From an uncultured Spirochaetota bacterium (GTDB lineage Bacteria > Spirochaetota > Brevinematia > Brevinematales > JAOACQ01), in NCBI GenBank assembly GCA_963835575.1, contig CAWIGG010000002.1:864001-928000 (forward strand): a stretch of 64,000 bases of DNA. Direction: 5' to 3'. The translations under genes and the position numbers were made by a program. A model generated the notes under the pieces. That model was not told the origin of the DNA and did not search any database. It saw only the letters and a list, made by a program, of their open reading frames with translations. This document shows, one piece after another, positions 1 through 10,674 of this stretch (positions are counted from its first letter, which is position 1; every line of letters starts with the position of its first letter).

Positions 1-92
1 GAAAAAGATACCGCTTTGCTGTTAAAGATGCAGAATACGATAAAAAAAGAGCTGTCAAAGAAGATAAAACATAATGGCTGATTTTCAGGATT

Positions 93-2153
93 TTATTCCT
101 TTATCTTGATCACTTCCTGCTGTTCTCCAAAGATCGTATTGGGGATGAATAATTCGGGAATAAAATATCCCGTATCGTCAACACCCATCAGGTCTTTATA
201 TTTAACTTTGATATGCACGTTCACCCAGAAGTTTCTCAGGCCTTTGAGATTAAGCCCCTGGTAGCTGATGATATATTCCAGTGGAGGTGCGTTTTTTATC
301 TCGGTATAAAGACCCAGAATTTCTTTTAAATTTTTTATTGAATAATATCTGCCGTAGGTTTCTTCCGTAATCCTTTCAAATATCTCCTTATTTTTATCGG
401 TAAAGTTGATGACATAAATCGGTACGGCATTTTGTTTCGCATAAGTCGAGAGCATATCCGGGTCATAATCCGAGAAAGTAGATTCGCCGATTTCCCCGGT
501 TGTGAATAATATGATCGCTTTATTTCTATTAATATTTAAAAGTTCTGTGACCGCGTTATGAATCGACTTATCGAGGTTTTGGGGATACTGGCCCTGGTAC
601 GGGAACTTTTTAACAAAATCAATCGGATGAAGCAGGCTGGCCGGCGTCTTTCCGGAACTTTCCAGAGCATTGTTGACGACGATCATATCCAGCCAGTCAT
701 TGCCGGTCGCTTTTGTGAGAAACGCGGAAACAGTTTCGATCAGTTCCGGATCAAATTCCTGCATCGGCAGGCTTTTATCAATAATAATTTTAGCGTACAT
801 ATTGTTCCTGTATTCATATGTTGAACCCAGCCGGATAAAAGGTATTTCGGTCCCTTCTTCATATATAAAGACATTATCTTCTTTTAGATTATAAACTGGT
901 TTACCCACTTTATCCCAGACTCTCAAATGGATTATATTCCTCGGATATGAACCCAGCCATATCTGTGAAACCTGAATGCCTAAATTAGCGTATTGAAGCT
1001 GAAGAGGGTTGAAAATAGCGATATTAGGCGTATTAAAATCGGTTTCATACAGGATATTTTTAGAATCAAGGCAGATATCAAAGGGGAAATGGACTTTATC
1101 CTGATCAACATTGAACTTTTCCAGGACTTTACTGACCGTATCATAAAAATACAATCCTTTTTGAGCATCGGCGATAAAAAGTTTATTGCCTTTTAAAAAA
1201 AGGCCGCGGGGTTCCTGCAGAACGCCGTCGCCGATTGATTCCAGCATATTTCCGAAAGTATCAAAAGCGGCAATTCTTTTATTGAAAGAATCTGAAACAT
1301 AAATGATATTGTCTTTACCGGCGACATCCGTCGGTCTTTTCAGGACTCCTTCGCCGATGCTCTGGATCCATTCTCCCTTTAAGTCAAATTTCTGGATCCG
1401 GTCGTTGCCGTTATCGACTATGAAAAGATATTCTTCGCCTGATATGTAAAGTCCCATGGGCCCGGCTATATTTGTCGAAGCAATACCTCTGGAGCCGAAC
1501 CTGCTCAGATATTTACCGTCCCTGTCAAAAATATAGATCTTATCCGCTTTATAATCGGCAATATAAATCTTATCATCAAATAAACATATTCCGGTGGGCA
1601 TATCGAATGAAGATAAATCGCCGAAATTCCTGCCGATTTCCCTGACCGGCCGTCCGGTGCTGTCAATTTCAACGACATATTTTGTTTTAGTGGAGGAAAT
1701 AATAAGTGAATCGTTTTTTTCATCATAGATAATAAAAGAAGGCCTGTCAATTTTATTCATTCCGTTGTCCAATCCGTTATATAATTTTGAAAAAATATAC
1801 GGATTCGAATAATCATAGCTTTTATCAATGGATAAACGGAAATAGAGGTCATTCAGCTTCTGCTTGACCTCATAGGAAGTTCCGCCTAATTGCACCAGGT
1901 TTTCCCATTCATTAATGGCGTTTTTTGCGTAGCCGGAATTGAGATAAGCGCAGCCGAGATAATAACGCGCTTTATAATTAAGCGGCTGGAAAGAAAGCGC
2001 TTTTGAAAAGAGCTGTACAGACGCTTCATATTCCCGGTTATAAAAACGGATCATGCCGCTTTTAAAGTTCTTTTCCGACATTATTTCGTTGATTGTCTGG
2101 GGAAAAACAATATTACCTGAAAGCAGCAGTAAAATAATTAATTTAATTTTCAT
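93..2153 (-). CDS. Exported TPR + NHL (beta-propeller) + vWA-like domain protein
   Basis: Signal peptide, N-terminal TPR (ARYYLGCAYLNSG), repeated NHL motifs (PTGI..IYIAD, PMGL..VDNGNDRIQKF, PTDV..VSDSFNKRI), C-terminal vWA-like region (IIIDKS, KAIILFTTG). Confidence 0.75.
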   Translation of the reverse strand: MKIKLIILLLLSGNIVFPQTINEIMSEKNFKSGMIRFYNREYEASVQLFSKALSFQPLNYKARYYLGCAYLNSGYAKNAINEWENLVQLGGTSYEVKQKLNDLYFRLSIDKSYDYSNPYIFSKLYNGLDNGMNKIDRPSFIIYDEKNDSLIISSTKTKYVVEIDSTGRPVREIGRNFGDLSSFDMPTGICLFDDKIYIADYKADKIYIFDRDGKYLSRFGSRGIASTNIAGPMGLYISGEEYLFIVDNGNDRIQKFDLKGEWIQSIGEGVLKRPTDVAGKDNIIYVSDSFNKRIAAFDTFGNMLESIGDGVLQEPRGLFLKGNKLFIADAQKGLYFYDTVSKVLEKFNVDQDKVHFPFDICLDSKNILYETDFNTPNIAIFNPLQLQYANLGIQVSQIWLGSYPRNIIHLRVWDKVGKPVYNLKEDNVFIYEEGTEIPFIRLGSTYEYRNNMYAKIIIDKSLPMQEFDPELIETVSAFLTKATGNDWLDMIVVNNALESSGKTPASLLHPIDFVKKFPYQGQYPQNLDKSIHNAVTELLNINRNKAIILFTTGEIGESTFSDYDPDMLSTYAKQNAVPIYVINFTDKNKEIFERITEETYGRYYSIKNLKEILGLYTEIKNAPPLEYIISYQGLNLKGLRNFWVNVHIKVKYKDLMGVDDTGYFIPELFIPNTIFGEQQEVIKIKE

Positions 2154-2165
2154 AATTATAACCTT

Positions 2166-2711
2166 TTAATATTTATTATAAAGCGTGTAAAAATACTCGT
2201 TTTCTTTTTCCGCGATTTCACTTGAGTAGAGAATAACGCTGGTTTCATTATTATCCGCGACGGCCGACTCAGTCCAATTATGGCTTCCAATAATTGATAT
2301 ATTTCCATCAATCACTATCATTTTTGAGTGGGTTGTTATGGACGGGGGATCAATTTTAAAATGCATCCCGTTCTGCTTTAAATAGTTGGTTGTCTGCGGA
2401 TAGTCGCCGGCTGTAATGTCGTCCAGCAGTATTTTCACGTCCACTCCTTTTTTATATGCCTGAACCAGGTCTTTTATCAAATCATTTGCTTTGTAGGCGC
2501 TGTTAGCCTCTTCGTATTTCATCGCATACATTATAATAAATACACTGCTTTGAGCGCTGCCGATCAAATCCAGGACCCTGGGCAGATAATCCTGATTGTT
2601 GATCAGCTCAACTTTTCCCTGATATGTGCCGTCGGGAGGGGTGTCTTTAAAACTGCATGTAAAAAATAATAACAGCAATAGGATGCTTATAAAACAAACT
2701 GCATTTTTCAT
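2166..2711 (-). CDS. Phospholipase D-like (single HKD, Nuc-type) putative lipoprotein
   Basis: HSKMIVID...GSHNW motif; hydrophobic N-terminus ending in Cys (LLLFFTC). Confidence 0.85.
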   Translation of the reverse strand: MKNAVCFISILLLLLFFTCSFKDTPPDGTYQGKVELINNQDYLPRVLDLIGSAQSSVFIIMYAMKYEEANSAYKANDLIKDLVQAYKKGVDVKILLDDITAGDYPQTTNYLKQNGMHFKIDPPSITTHSKMIVIDGNISIIGSHNWTESAVADNNETSVILYSSEIAEKENEYFYTLYNKY

Positions 2712-2873
2712 TTTTTAATCCTGATGATAAATGCAAAAAATACTAACCCAATAATCGGGCAATTTATTTTTTATTTATCTATAAGTTTATTAATAAGCTT
2801 TTATTAAAAAATCACTCAATTTATATTATCCATATTTTATAACATAATTAAAAAAAAATAAAATATCGGGCTT

Positions 2874-3476
2874 CTAACGCGCCATGTTTGAAAGAATGAT
2901 CTTAATGATATCCTCGACTTCTTTATCTTTTATTTCAGCGGAAGAGGCAAATGCGGAATCTATCGCGCGCCTGGATTCATTATCATAATAGCCGAGGACA
3001 CGCAGGGCCATAAGGATTTCCATTTTTTTCTTTTCTGTCGTGTTGGTAATAGGCAGGGAATCGCCGATCTGAAGCTTCTTAATTTTGTCTTTGAGCTCCA
3101 GGATTATACGGGACGCAGTTTTACCGCCGACCCCTTTTACCTTACTCAGGACCGATTCATTTCCTGTGATGATGGCGTTCCTGATCTCAGAAGCCGTCAG
3201 TTCGGAGAGTATTTTCAGGCTTTGCTTGGGACCGATGCCGGAAACTGTCATGAGGCTTTCAAACAGCCTTCTGTCTTCAAGGGCAAGAAAACCGACCAGA
3301 TAAATATCGTCTTCGCGGACGATCATTTTTGTAAAAAGTGTCGCGGTATTGCCTGATTCCTGCAGTTTATGAAAAACGGATTGCGGTATCATAATTTCAT
3401 AAGCTATTCCGCCTGCTTCAATGACGGCCATATTTTCATCTTTATGGATAAGAGTGCCGGATATGGAGTAATACAT
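2874..3476 (-). CDS. ruvA: Holliday junction branch migration protein RuvA
   Basis: IVREDD-LVGF, VSGIGPK, VKGVGGKTASRIILELKDK, ALRVLGY motifs. Confidence 0.96.
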   Translation of the reverse strand: MYYSISGTLIHKDENMAVIEAGGIAYEIMIPQSVFHKLQESGNTATLFTKMIVREDDIYLVGFLALEDRRLFESLMTVSGIGPKQSLKILSELTASEIRNAIITGNESVLSKVKGVGGKTASRIILELKDKIKKLQIGDSLPITNTTEKKKMEILMALRVLGYYDNESRRAIDSAFASSAEIKDKEVEDIIKIILSNMAR

Positions 3477-3770
3477 GTTTTTTCCTTTATTGTTTTAATT
3501 GGTAATTAAATAGAATATAACATTATTATAGGGTAAATATTCCTATTGTCAATTAAGATGAGGAAAGAAGGGATTTTGTATCACTGGGCAGAGACGGATA
3601 GAAGAAAACTATTTGTAATAAATTGTTTATAGCCGGATAAATTTATTTTTTGATATAATACTTCATAAAAGCCGGCGAAGTTTTTATTTTGACTGTTTTA
3701 AACGTGTGTTCTATAATCTTAACTTATTATTATTTACCGTTAACCGGATTTTTATAAAGAATCTGGCGAA

Positions 3771-4919
3771 TTGGAGGAACATTTATCAATAATGAAGAAA
3801 TTTAATTGGGTTTTAACGAATATTTTAAAATTTGACAATCCATTGAAACTGGAACAGGTCCTGAAAAAAGGGAATAATAATTTTGACTTTATCCGTTTTG
3901 TCGCGGCTATGATGGTGATTTTTGGGCATGCCTTTGCGCTCCATCCCTCAAACGGATTGATTGATCCCCTTACCACATTAATCGGGTTCAGTTTCAGCGG
4001 TGGAATCGCCGTTTGTATTTTCTTTTTTATCAGCGGCATGCTGATAACAGCCAGTTATCATAATTCCAACAGCCCGATGCATTTCATTATCATGCGTTTT
4101 TTCAGGATATGGCCGGCTTTATTTATTTGTACTCTTTTAACAGTTTTTGCGGCGGGGCCAATTGTATCAGTCATCGGGCAAAAAGCTTATTTCAATTCTC
4201 CGGATACATGGATGTATCTGATCTCTAATTCTGTATTAAAAATGAAATATAATCTACCGGGTGTTTTTGATCATAATTTGATCCCGAATACCGTCAACGG
4301 TTCTTTATGGACTTTGCCTCTTGAAATCAAGTGCTATATCGGAATTTTATTAATCGGGCTGGTCGGTTTGATAAGGAATAAAATATGGATTGTGGCAGTC
4401 ATCCTAGCCCTGTTCGCCAGTTATATAGTTTTCCCCGCCTTTTTATTAAAACTGGCCGGATCGGAAGGCGGTTTATTGTTCTGCGCTTTTTTCGGAGTTG
4501 GGGTTCTTTTCTTCTATTTCAGAAAATATATTATTCTGGATTACAGGATATTATGTTTATTGTTTGTTTTATGGCTGGCGCTCCGGTTTACGCCATTATA
4601 CCAGATAGGTTTTTTTATTTTCCTGGTTTATTCAGTGCTGATGGCCGCGAGTTCGAAGACTGTAAGGAAAATAAATCTGTATGGCGATTATTCCTACGGG
4701 ATCTATATTTACGGGTATTTAACCCAGCAGATAACGGCTTTCTATCTGCCGGGCATGAGTTCCTATTTGAGCATGCTCATTACGATGCCGGCTTCGCTGG
4801 TACTGGGATTTTTGTCCTGGCATCTGCTGGAACATAGGGCCCTGGACCTCGGCAAGCACATCCATATCAATTTCAGGAAATTGATCGGTTTTTTCAAACC
4901 CGCAAAGGACAAGGTATAA
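3771..4919 (+). CDS. Acyltransferase family 3 (OafA-like membrane O-acyltransferase); start may be downstream
   Basis: FDFIRFVAAMMVIFGH, FFFISG, RFFRIWP, NGSLWTLPLE, GDYSYGIYIY, SWHLLE motifs. Confidence 0.9.
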   Translation: MEEHLSIMKKFNWVLTNILKFDNPLKLEQVLKKGNNNFDFIRFVAAMMVIFGHAFALHPSNGLIDPLTTLIGFSFSGGIAVCIFFFISGMLITASYHNSNSPMHFIIMRFFRIWPALFICTLLTVFAAGPIVSVIGQKAYFNSPDTWMYLISNSVLKMKYNLPGVFDHNLIPNTVNGSLWTLPLEIKCYIGILLIGLVGLIRNKIWIVAVILALFASYIVFPAFLLKLAGSEGGLLFCAFFGVGVLFFYFRKYIILDYRILCLLFVLWLALRFTPLYQIGFFIFLVYSVLMAASSKTVRKINLYGDYSYGIYIYGYLTQQITAFYLPGMSSYLSMLITMPASLVLGFLSWHLLEHRALDLGKHIHINFRKLIGFFKPAKDKV

Positions 4920-4949
4920 AGTTAATAAAACACCTGATATCTTTTTATT

Positions 4950-6275
4950 TTATTCCAATTTATCCGGTACTTTATAGACATTCCTTTTGATCGAATCAGC
5001 CAGGATGCTTTCAGCCGTCCCTTTTTCCACCGGCCAGGCCAGCGGGCCCAATCCTGTCCCGGTTTCTTTCCATTTCTTGAAATTCTGGACCAGTTCTTCT
5101 CTGTGGTTTTGTATGGATTTCATTTTCAGGGTGTAGGAGAAAGCGCAGAAAACGACGGCCGAACATAGTCCGGAGTAGAATACGGCCTTCTTCCATTTTT
5201 CAGGGATTATTTCAATTAACGAAAGGTAGGAAACAATTAAAAAGAGTATTGTCAATACACGGTAGCGTGAGCTGACGGCTGTAATCATTCCCAAATCCAA
5301 ACGTGTTACTGCAGCCCCGGCGGCGGAAATGAATAAAAAAAACAATATGGTGTAGAGAAACAGATTCTTTTTATAATAAGCCGTAATGGTTAAGAAGATG
5401 AAATAAGCGGAAATTAAAATCCCGGCGGCAATGGGGACGGCCTTAAGAAAAAACTGCAGAAGCCCGCTTCCCTGCGTATAAATGGAACTGTTTTCATTCA
5501 CTCCGAAATTATTGCCTATAAAGGTAAAAAAGTACAAAAGATAAGATGGAATTTTCAGTATGGAAAAATTTATACTACTACCACTTTGGAGATCATAAAA
5601 GAAATAAAAAATAACGGAAAGTATTGTAAAAATAGACCAGACAATTCCTTCCTTTACCCGTTTCTGATAAAATAAAACTGGAATACCAAGAAAAAGAAAA
5701 ATGAGTCCATTTGCTTGAGTTAAAAAAGACATAATACTAAAGAAAATAGCTAAAAGAAAAGGAATAAGGCCATTTTTATAATTGATTAGAAGTAATAATG
5801 AGAGAAGGCCGAAACTCATTATATAAAAATTTCCGATGGAAGCCATTGCCTGATAGATATTTTCGCTGTACATGGGTTGAAAAAAAAGAAATGCAATTGG
5901 AAGAAAATAAAGAGTTTTGTCATTTTTTAACTGAAAATCTTTGTATAATGTCAAGAATATGACAAGCAACCCCAAATTTCCAATTATAATCATATATTTA
6001 AAATTGATTATTCCTTCGATTTGGTAAAGAAATAAGGAAATAATATGGGTGAAGAATGGTATTTGCCCATAATGCTTTTGAAAAATAAGATTAATTTTGT
6101 CAGAAAAATGATGACTATCTATGAAATTGTTTAAAAATAAAAGTACGGAAGTATAATCATCTCTGAAAGGTAGATTGACAGCATAAATGAAAATAAATGT
6201 GAAAAAAAACAGAATCGGAAAAGAAATAATTATCCAGTTTGCACTCTTTTTAAGTGGTAAATTCTTTTCAAGCAA
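4950..6275 (-). CDS. Polytopic membrane protein, probable GT-C/GtrC-like lipid-linked sugar transferase
   Basis: About 11 TM segments; P-F-R-D-D-Y acidic motif after TM1; SSRY motif; divergent from gtrB/gtrA-like genes. Confidence 0.55.
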   Translation of the reverse strand: MLEKNLPLKKSANWIIISFPILFFFTFIFIYAVNLPFRDDYTSVLLFLNNFIDSHHFSDKINLIFQKHYGQIPFFTHIISLFLYQIEGIINFKYMIIIGNLGLLVIFLTLYKDFQLKNDKTLYFLPIAFLFFQPMYSENIYQAMASIGNFYIMSFGLLSLLLLINYKNGLIPFLLAIFFSIMSFLTQANGLIFLFLGIPVLFYQKRVKEGIVWSIFTILSVIFYFFYDLQSGSSINFSILKIPSYLLYFFTFIGNNFGVNENSSIYTQGSGLLQFFLKAVPIAAGILISAYFIFLTITAYYKKNLFLYTILFFLFISAAGAAVTRLDLGMITAVSSRYRVLTILFLIVSYLSLIEIIPEKWKKAVFYSGLCSAVVFCAFSYTLKMKSIQNHREELVQNFKKWKETGTGLGPLAWPVEKGTAESILADSIKRNVYKVPDKLE

Positions 6276-6621
6276 AAATCTTTCCTATTTTAAATTAGTC
6301 AAGCCTGAAAAACCCATATTCAGGCGACTTGATATAACTCTATGATTTTTCGATTTCCAAAAACCAAATAATAAATCAGGCGCAAGAAAACCCGCAAGAG
6401 CCTTTCTTGAATTAAATCCAGCCGGACAATATGGCGTTCATATTATCACTATCTTCTCTAGCGAAATAATTAGATTTATTTTAAATAAGTTTATTTTATA
6501 TAGCAAATTATTATTTAAAAACTATATTTTGACGCTTTTTAATAGATATACTATAATCATTTGTGGTTTTTTAATAAATACATTTTATAAATGGGAAATA
6601 TGCTGTGGAGGTTCATAACCT

Positions 6622-7152
6622 TTGGAAATATTAGGCAAAAATATTTTATTAAGAACGGCAGAAATTGAAGATGCCGATTTTATTTTAAAATTGCGGCTGG
6701 ATTCTACACTGAATAGGTTTTTATCAGCTGTTGAAAGTGATGTGGAAAAGCAAAAAGAATGGCTAAAAAAATATAAAGAAAAAGAGATATTAGGGAAAGA
6801 ATATTACTTTATCATTGAGAATAAACATAACCTTAGATTTGGAACAGTCCGTGTTTATGAAATCCAGAATGATTCATTTACATGGGGAAGCTGGATTATC
6901 CAGAAAAATTCTCCGATTACTTTTTCAATTGAATCGGCAATCATGGTTTATGACTTTGGATTTTATTCTTTAGGACTAAGACGGTGTCGTTTTGAAGTAA
7001 TGGTTGAAAATAAAGCAGTAGTCAATTTTCATAAAAAATTTGGAGCCTGTGTTAAAGAAGAGAAGGAAGGATTTGTTTATTTTGAATTGATGAGAGATCA
7101 GTATCCGACGATTCGTAAAAATTACGAAAAATATTCATTGCCTATTAGTTAA
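6622..7152 (+). CDS. GNAT N-acetyltransferase (RimL-like, probably acting on an amino sugar)
   Basis: DADFILKLR, FGTVRVY, WGSWI, N-AVVNFHKKFGA motifs; glycan-locus context. Confidence 0.8.
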   Translation: MEILGKNILLRTAEIEDADFILKLRLDSTLNRFLSAVESDVEKQKEWLKKYKEKEILGKEYYFIIENKHNLRFGTVRVYEIQNDSFTWGSWIIQKNSPITFSIESAIMVYDFGFYSLGLRRCRFEVMVENKAVVNFHKKFGACVKEEKEGFVYFELMRDQYPTIRKNYEKYSLPIS

Positions 7153-7179
7153 TATTTTGACTATGGGCAAGGAGATTTT

Positions 7180-8133
7180 GTGAATAAAAAGAAAAATAAA
7201 CTATCCATAGTCATTCCAGTCTATTATAATGAATTGAATATTCCCTATACAGTACCCCGTCTGCAAAAACTGCAGAAGATTCTATCGGACACAGAGCTTG
7301 AGTTTGTCTTTGTGGATGACGGTTCGGGAGACAGGTCTTTGGAACTACTGCTGAATGAACAGAAAAAGGACAGGAGAATAAAAGTTGTTAAACTGAGCAG
7401 GAATTTCGGTTCCATGTCAGCGATAGCGGCCGGACTGCATTATGTTACAGGCGATTGCATCGGGATTATAGCCGCGGACCTCCAGGACCCTCCTGAATTA
7501 TTTAAGGACATGGTCCGTCTCTGGGCGGAAGGCAAAAAGGTCGTCATTGCTGTAAGAAAAGACAGGGAAGAATCATTTTTTAAAAAAATATTTTCCGGTT
7601 TATATTATGCTTTGATGCGGAAGTTCGCGATCAAGGATTATCCCAAAGGCGGCTTTGATTTTCTTCTCATAGACCGTCAGGTTGTGGAGGAAGTCAACCG
7701 GATTAATGAAAAGAATACCAATATAATGAGTTTGATATTCTGGCTGGGCCATGATCGGGCCGCTATTCCTTATGTGAGACAAAAAAGGGGGCTTGGAAAA
7801 TCCAGATGGACATTATTCAAGAAAATAAAACTTTTCGTTGATTCCTTTGTGGCGTTTTCATACGCGCCCATCCGGATCATATCGATGATCGGAATGATAA
7901 CCTCCATCTTAAGCATCTGTTACGGCATTTTCGCGATAATTAATTCTCTTACAGGCAGGATAAAGATAGAGGGCTGGGCCAGCGTAATCACTGTTGTTAC
8001 TTTTCTGCTGGGCCTCATTATCATTATGCTGGGTGTAATCGGCGAATACCTCTGGAGGATATTGGACGAGGCAAGAAAACGGCCCGTCTATTTAGTCGAT
8101 AAGGTATTTATTAGAAATGAAAATAAACGCTGA
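7180..8133 (+). CDS. GT2 bactoprenol glycosyltransferase (GtrB/YfdH-like)
   Basis: SIVIPVYYNE, VDDGS, LSRNFG, ADLQDPP, two C-terminal TMs, GVIGEYLWRI..RPVY. Confidence 0.92.
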   Translation: MNKKKNKLSIVIPVYYNELNIPYTVPRLQKLQKILSDTELEFVFVDDGSGDRSLELLLNEQKKDRRIKVVKLSRNFGSMSAIAAGLHYVTGDCIGIIAADLQDPPELFKDMVRLWAEGKKVVIAVRKDREESFFKKIFSGLYYALMRKFAIKDYPKGGFDFLLIDRQVVEEVNRINEKNTNIMSLIFWLGHDRAAIPYVRQKRGLGKSRWTLFKKIKLFVDSFVAFSYAPIRIISMIGMITSILSICYGIFAIINSLTGRIKIEGWASVITVVTFLLGLIIIMLGVIGEYLWRILDEARKRPVYLVDKVFIRNENKR

Positions 8134-8524
8134 AGTCATCCATGAGTTTATCAAATTTATTATTGTTGGTTTAATCAATACCGGGGTGTCCTATCTGATC
8201 TATCTGCTCCTGGTTTTATTTCTTCCCTATGCCGCTGCCTTTACAATCTCTTATATCCTGGGTATCCTGATTTCTTATGTATTAAATTCAGTCATTGTCT
8301 TTAAAGCCCGGCTTAATTTTAAAGCCTTGCTTCAATTTCCGGTTGTTTATCTTATCCAGTATCTATTGAGTATGGGAATAGTTTTTATCTGCGTGGAATA
8401 TTTCAGGATCGGCAAGATCATTCCGCCGTTAATCGCGAGCGCGGCCGTGATACCGGTGACATTTCTGCTCAGCAGGACTTTATTAAAGAGATATAAAAAG
8501 AGTTCGATGGATTCCCCGAAATGA
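8117..8524 (+). CDS. GtrA family flippase-like protein
   Basis: FIKFIIVGLINT motif, 4 TM, overlaps the gtrB-like gene. Confidence 0.9.
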   Translation: MKINAEVIHEFIKFIIVGLINTGVSYLIYLLLVLFLPYAAAFTISYILGILISYVLNSVIVFKARLNFKALLQFPVVYLIQYLLSMGIVFICVEYFRIGKIIPPLIASAAVIPVTFLLSRTLLKRYKKSSMDSPK

Positions 8525-8532
8525 GTGGAAAA

Positions 8533-9852
8533 TCATTTTTCGCGCGATAACAATGCCGGTTCCTGTTTTGACGCGTTGTTTGCCAGGAGCGGGATCAAGC
8601 CAAGCGTGAAAACAAAGGGTAATACTTCAATCGACTGGTAAAAGAATGATTGAATGATAACAGCTGACAACGCGAAGCCTAATAACCTTTCTTTTTGCTT
8701 GAATAAAAGCCTGTATAAACATAAAAAAGGCACACTGAAATAAAATAATGTGCCCAATAATCCGAAACTGTTTAACAGCTCCAGCAGGCTGGACTCTGCC
8801 ACAAACAAGTCGCCGGTAAGACTGACAGCCTTACTTTGCATGCCCAGAATGTTTCGTACGATATTTGTATAAAACGCTGTTTTTTCACCGAAAAGCAGAT
8901 TGGTGCTCCGGTAAGAATCCCATTTATCCTTCCAGACAGAATAACGCAATGAATTGCCGGTGTCCTGAAATGCCGTGATCCTTTCGAATATAGAATTGAC
9001 ATAGTTTGAGACCCTTTTTTGAGTAAAATATAAAAGGCCCGCCGTTAAAACAATAGCGGCGGTAAAAACTAATACTCTGCGCAGTTTATTGATATTGATC
9101 TTCTCTCCTCTTTTTATCTTGAGGAAGAGGTCAATGGCTTTGTTGGCAAAATAGAGGAAAAGAATAATACTGGTGATGAGTATGCCGGAGCGGGAGAATG
9201 TAACAAAGGGCACCAGCAGGAAAATTACCCCGAAAATTCCGGCCCATTTTTTTGAAGAAAAGCGGATAATAATGACGCCGATAAGCGGCATAATGATCGG
9301 GTAGTGCAGCATGCTTCCGGTGAGGGAAGCAGGGCGCACCATATTCTCGTGATATTTATGGCCCGGGAAAAAGTTCAGGCTGGCGGGGCTGTCTTGAGGG
9401 AAAAACGGGTTGAAAATCTGCTCAATGACAGCCGCCAGAAGCAAAATAACAGCAACAGCGAGAAGCGATGTGACGATTTGGGACACTGCTTCTTTATCTC
9501 TAAACCGGACGCTGTTCAGAAATATAAAAAGAAAGAATAAAAACAATAATACGCCGTCATATAGGATCACTTCCACAGGTATGACGTATTTTACGATTGT
9601 TATGATGCTGCTGATGATTACGGTTATCAGAAATCCCAGGGATAATACGATCAGCTTTCTATTGTATGACTGATTGTCAATGGTTGATCTGAAAAAAATA
9701 ATCCCGCAGAAAGTGAGAACTGCAATAAGCTGAATAATATAGGGAATGGGTTTTTGGGAAAAAATGATCTCAAACAGGCCGTGTGAGAAAAAGATCAGGA
9801 GAAGGGTAAAATACAAAATAGCCCATTTATTCCCGGCAAGAAATTTTGTCAT
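8533..9852 (-). CDS. O-antigen ligase/polymerase-like membrane protein (WaaL/Wzy)
   Basis: About 11 TM; RPASLTG, TFSRSG, N-S-L-R...W loop, ELLNSFGLLG (Wzy_C-like). Confidence 0.65.
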   Translation of the reverse strand: MTKFLAGNKWAILYFTLLLIFFSHGLFEIIFSQKPIPYIIQLIAVLTFCGIIFFRSTIDNQSYNRKLIVLSLGFLITVIISSIITIVKYVIPVEVILYDGVLLFLFFLFIFLNSVRFRDKEAVSQIVTSLLAVAVILLLAAVIEQIFNPFFPQDSPASLNFFPGHKYHENMVRPASLTGSMLHYPIIMPLIGVIIIRFSSKKWAGIFGVIFLLVPFVTFSRSGILITSIILFLYFANKAIDLFLKIKRGEKININKLRRVLVFTAAIVLTAGLLYFTQKRVSNYVNSIFERITAFQDTGNSLRYSVWKDKWDSYRSTNLLFGEKTAFYTNIVRNILGMQSKAVSLTGDLFVAESSLLELLNSFGLLGTLFYFSVPFLCLYRLLFKQKERLLGFALSAVIIQSFFYQSIEVLPFVFTLGLIPLLANNASKQEPALLSREK

Positions 9853-10129
9853 TTAGATTCCTTGAATACTAAGAATATAGCGGTAATATTGTATTATCAT
9901 TCCGGTCTTTTTTCAACAATAATCAAAATGCTGTTTCTGTTTTATTTCATGCAATATTTTAAAAAATAACTTATAATTAGGCCCGTATTTGAGAAATTTA
10001 ATTGACCCTGAAATGGGCGATTTATTTCTTATTTATAAATCGCGTATATAATTGCAGTAGTGATAGAAATTGCTCAGATTAAGTTGATTCTCAGGGTTAA
10101 CGTAAAATCAATCGAGGATTAAGATGTTT

Positions 10130-10366
10130 ATGAAAAATGCATTGTTTTCCGGAATTACTGGACGGGACGGTTCTTTTCTTTCGGAATTTCTAATGATCAA
10201 AAATTACGGGGTCCAAGGAATACTTATCCGGAGTTTGCAGTTTATTTAATAGCGGGCGGATACCGGTGAATCCCTCAAAGGCCGGGAGACAATTAGGATG
10301 GAATCCAACTCAAACGCCGTTCTGGAACTGGCGGGGATTATTGTACGGCATGATTTGAAGAATAAG
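10130..10366 (+). pseudogene. gmd: Internally deleted gmd remnant (5' and 3' ends only)
   Basis: 10130-10249 = MKNALFSGITGRDGSFLSEFLMIKNYGVQGILIRS (22/35 identical to the N-terminus of Gmd at 28365); 10269-10366 = [18 protein letters not shown]/(frameshift)LELAGIIVRHDLKNK versus Gmd C-terminus [33 protein letters not shown]. Confidence 0.9.
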
Positions 10367-10377
10367 GAAGGTTTATT

Positions 10378-10674
10378 GTGCGGCTGACGCCTGAGGAAAT
10401 TACAGTCATCCGGGATACGATTTTAAAGTATGATCCGGAAGCAAAAGTTTATTTGTTTGGTTCCAGAGCGGACAATAATAAAAAGGGCGGCGATATTGAC
10501 CTGCTTGTTTTCTCAAAGGTCTTGAAGTATAGTGATAAGATAAAAATAAAAGCGCGGCTTTTTGATAAAATTGGCCCTCAGAAAATAGATTTAGTAATCA
10601 CTGAAAATGATGAGAAGCCTTTTGTGAAAATCGCGTTAAAAAGGAGCGTGCCGATATGGCCCCAATTGAATTAG
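10378..10674 (+). CDS. Minimal nucleotidyltransferase (MNT) antitoxin
   Basis: YLFGSRA...GGDIDLLV (GSX10DXD) motif; KIDLV. Confidence 0.9.
   Translation: MRLTPEEITVIRDTILKYDPEAKVYLFGSRADNNKKGGDIDLLVFSKVLKYSDKIKIKARLFDKIGPQKIDLVITENDEKPFVKIALKRSVPIWPQLN

Noticed and set aside
1..90. Possible start of a signal-peptide-bearing gene on the minus strand
   Set aside because: Open hydrophobic frame but no clear start codon, and truncated by the window edge
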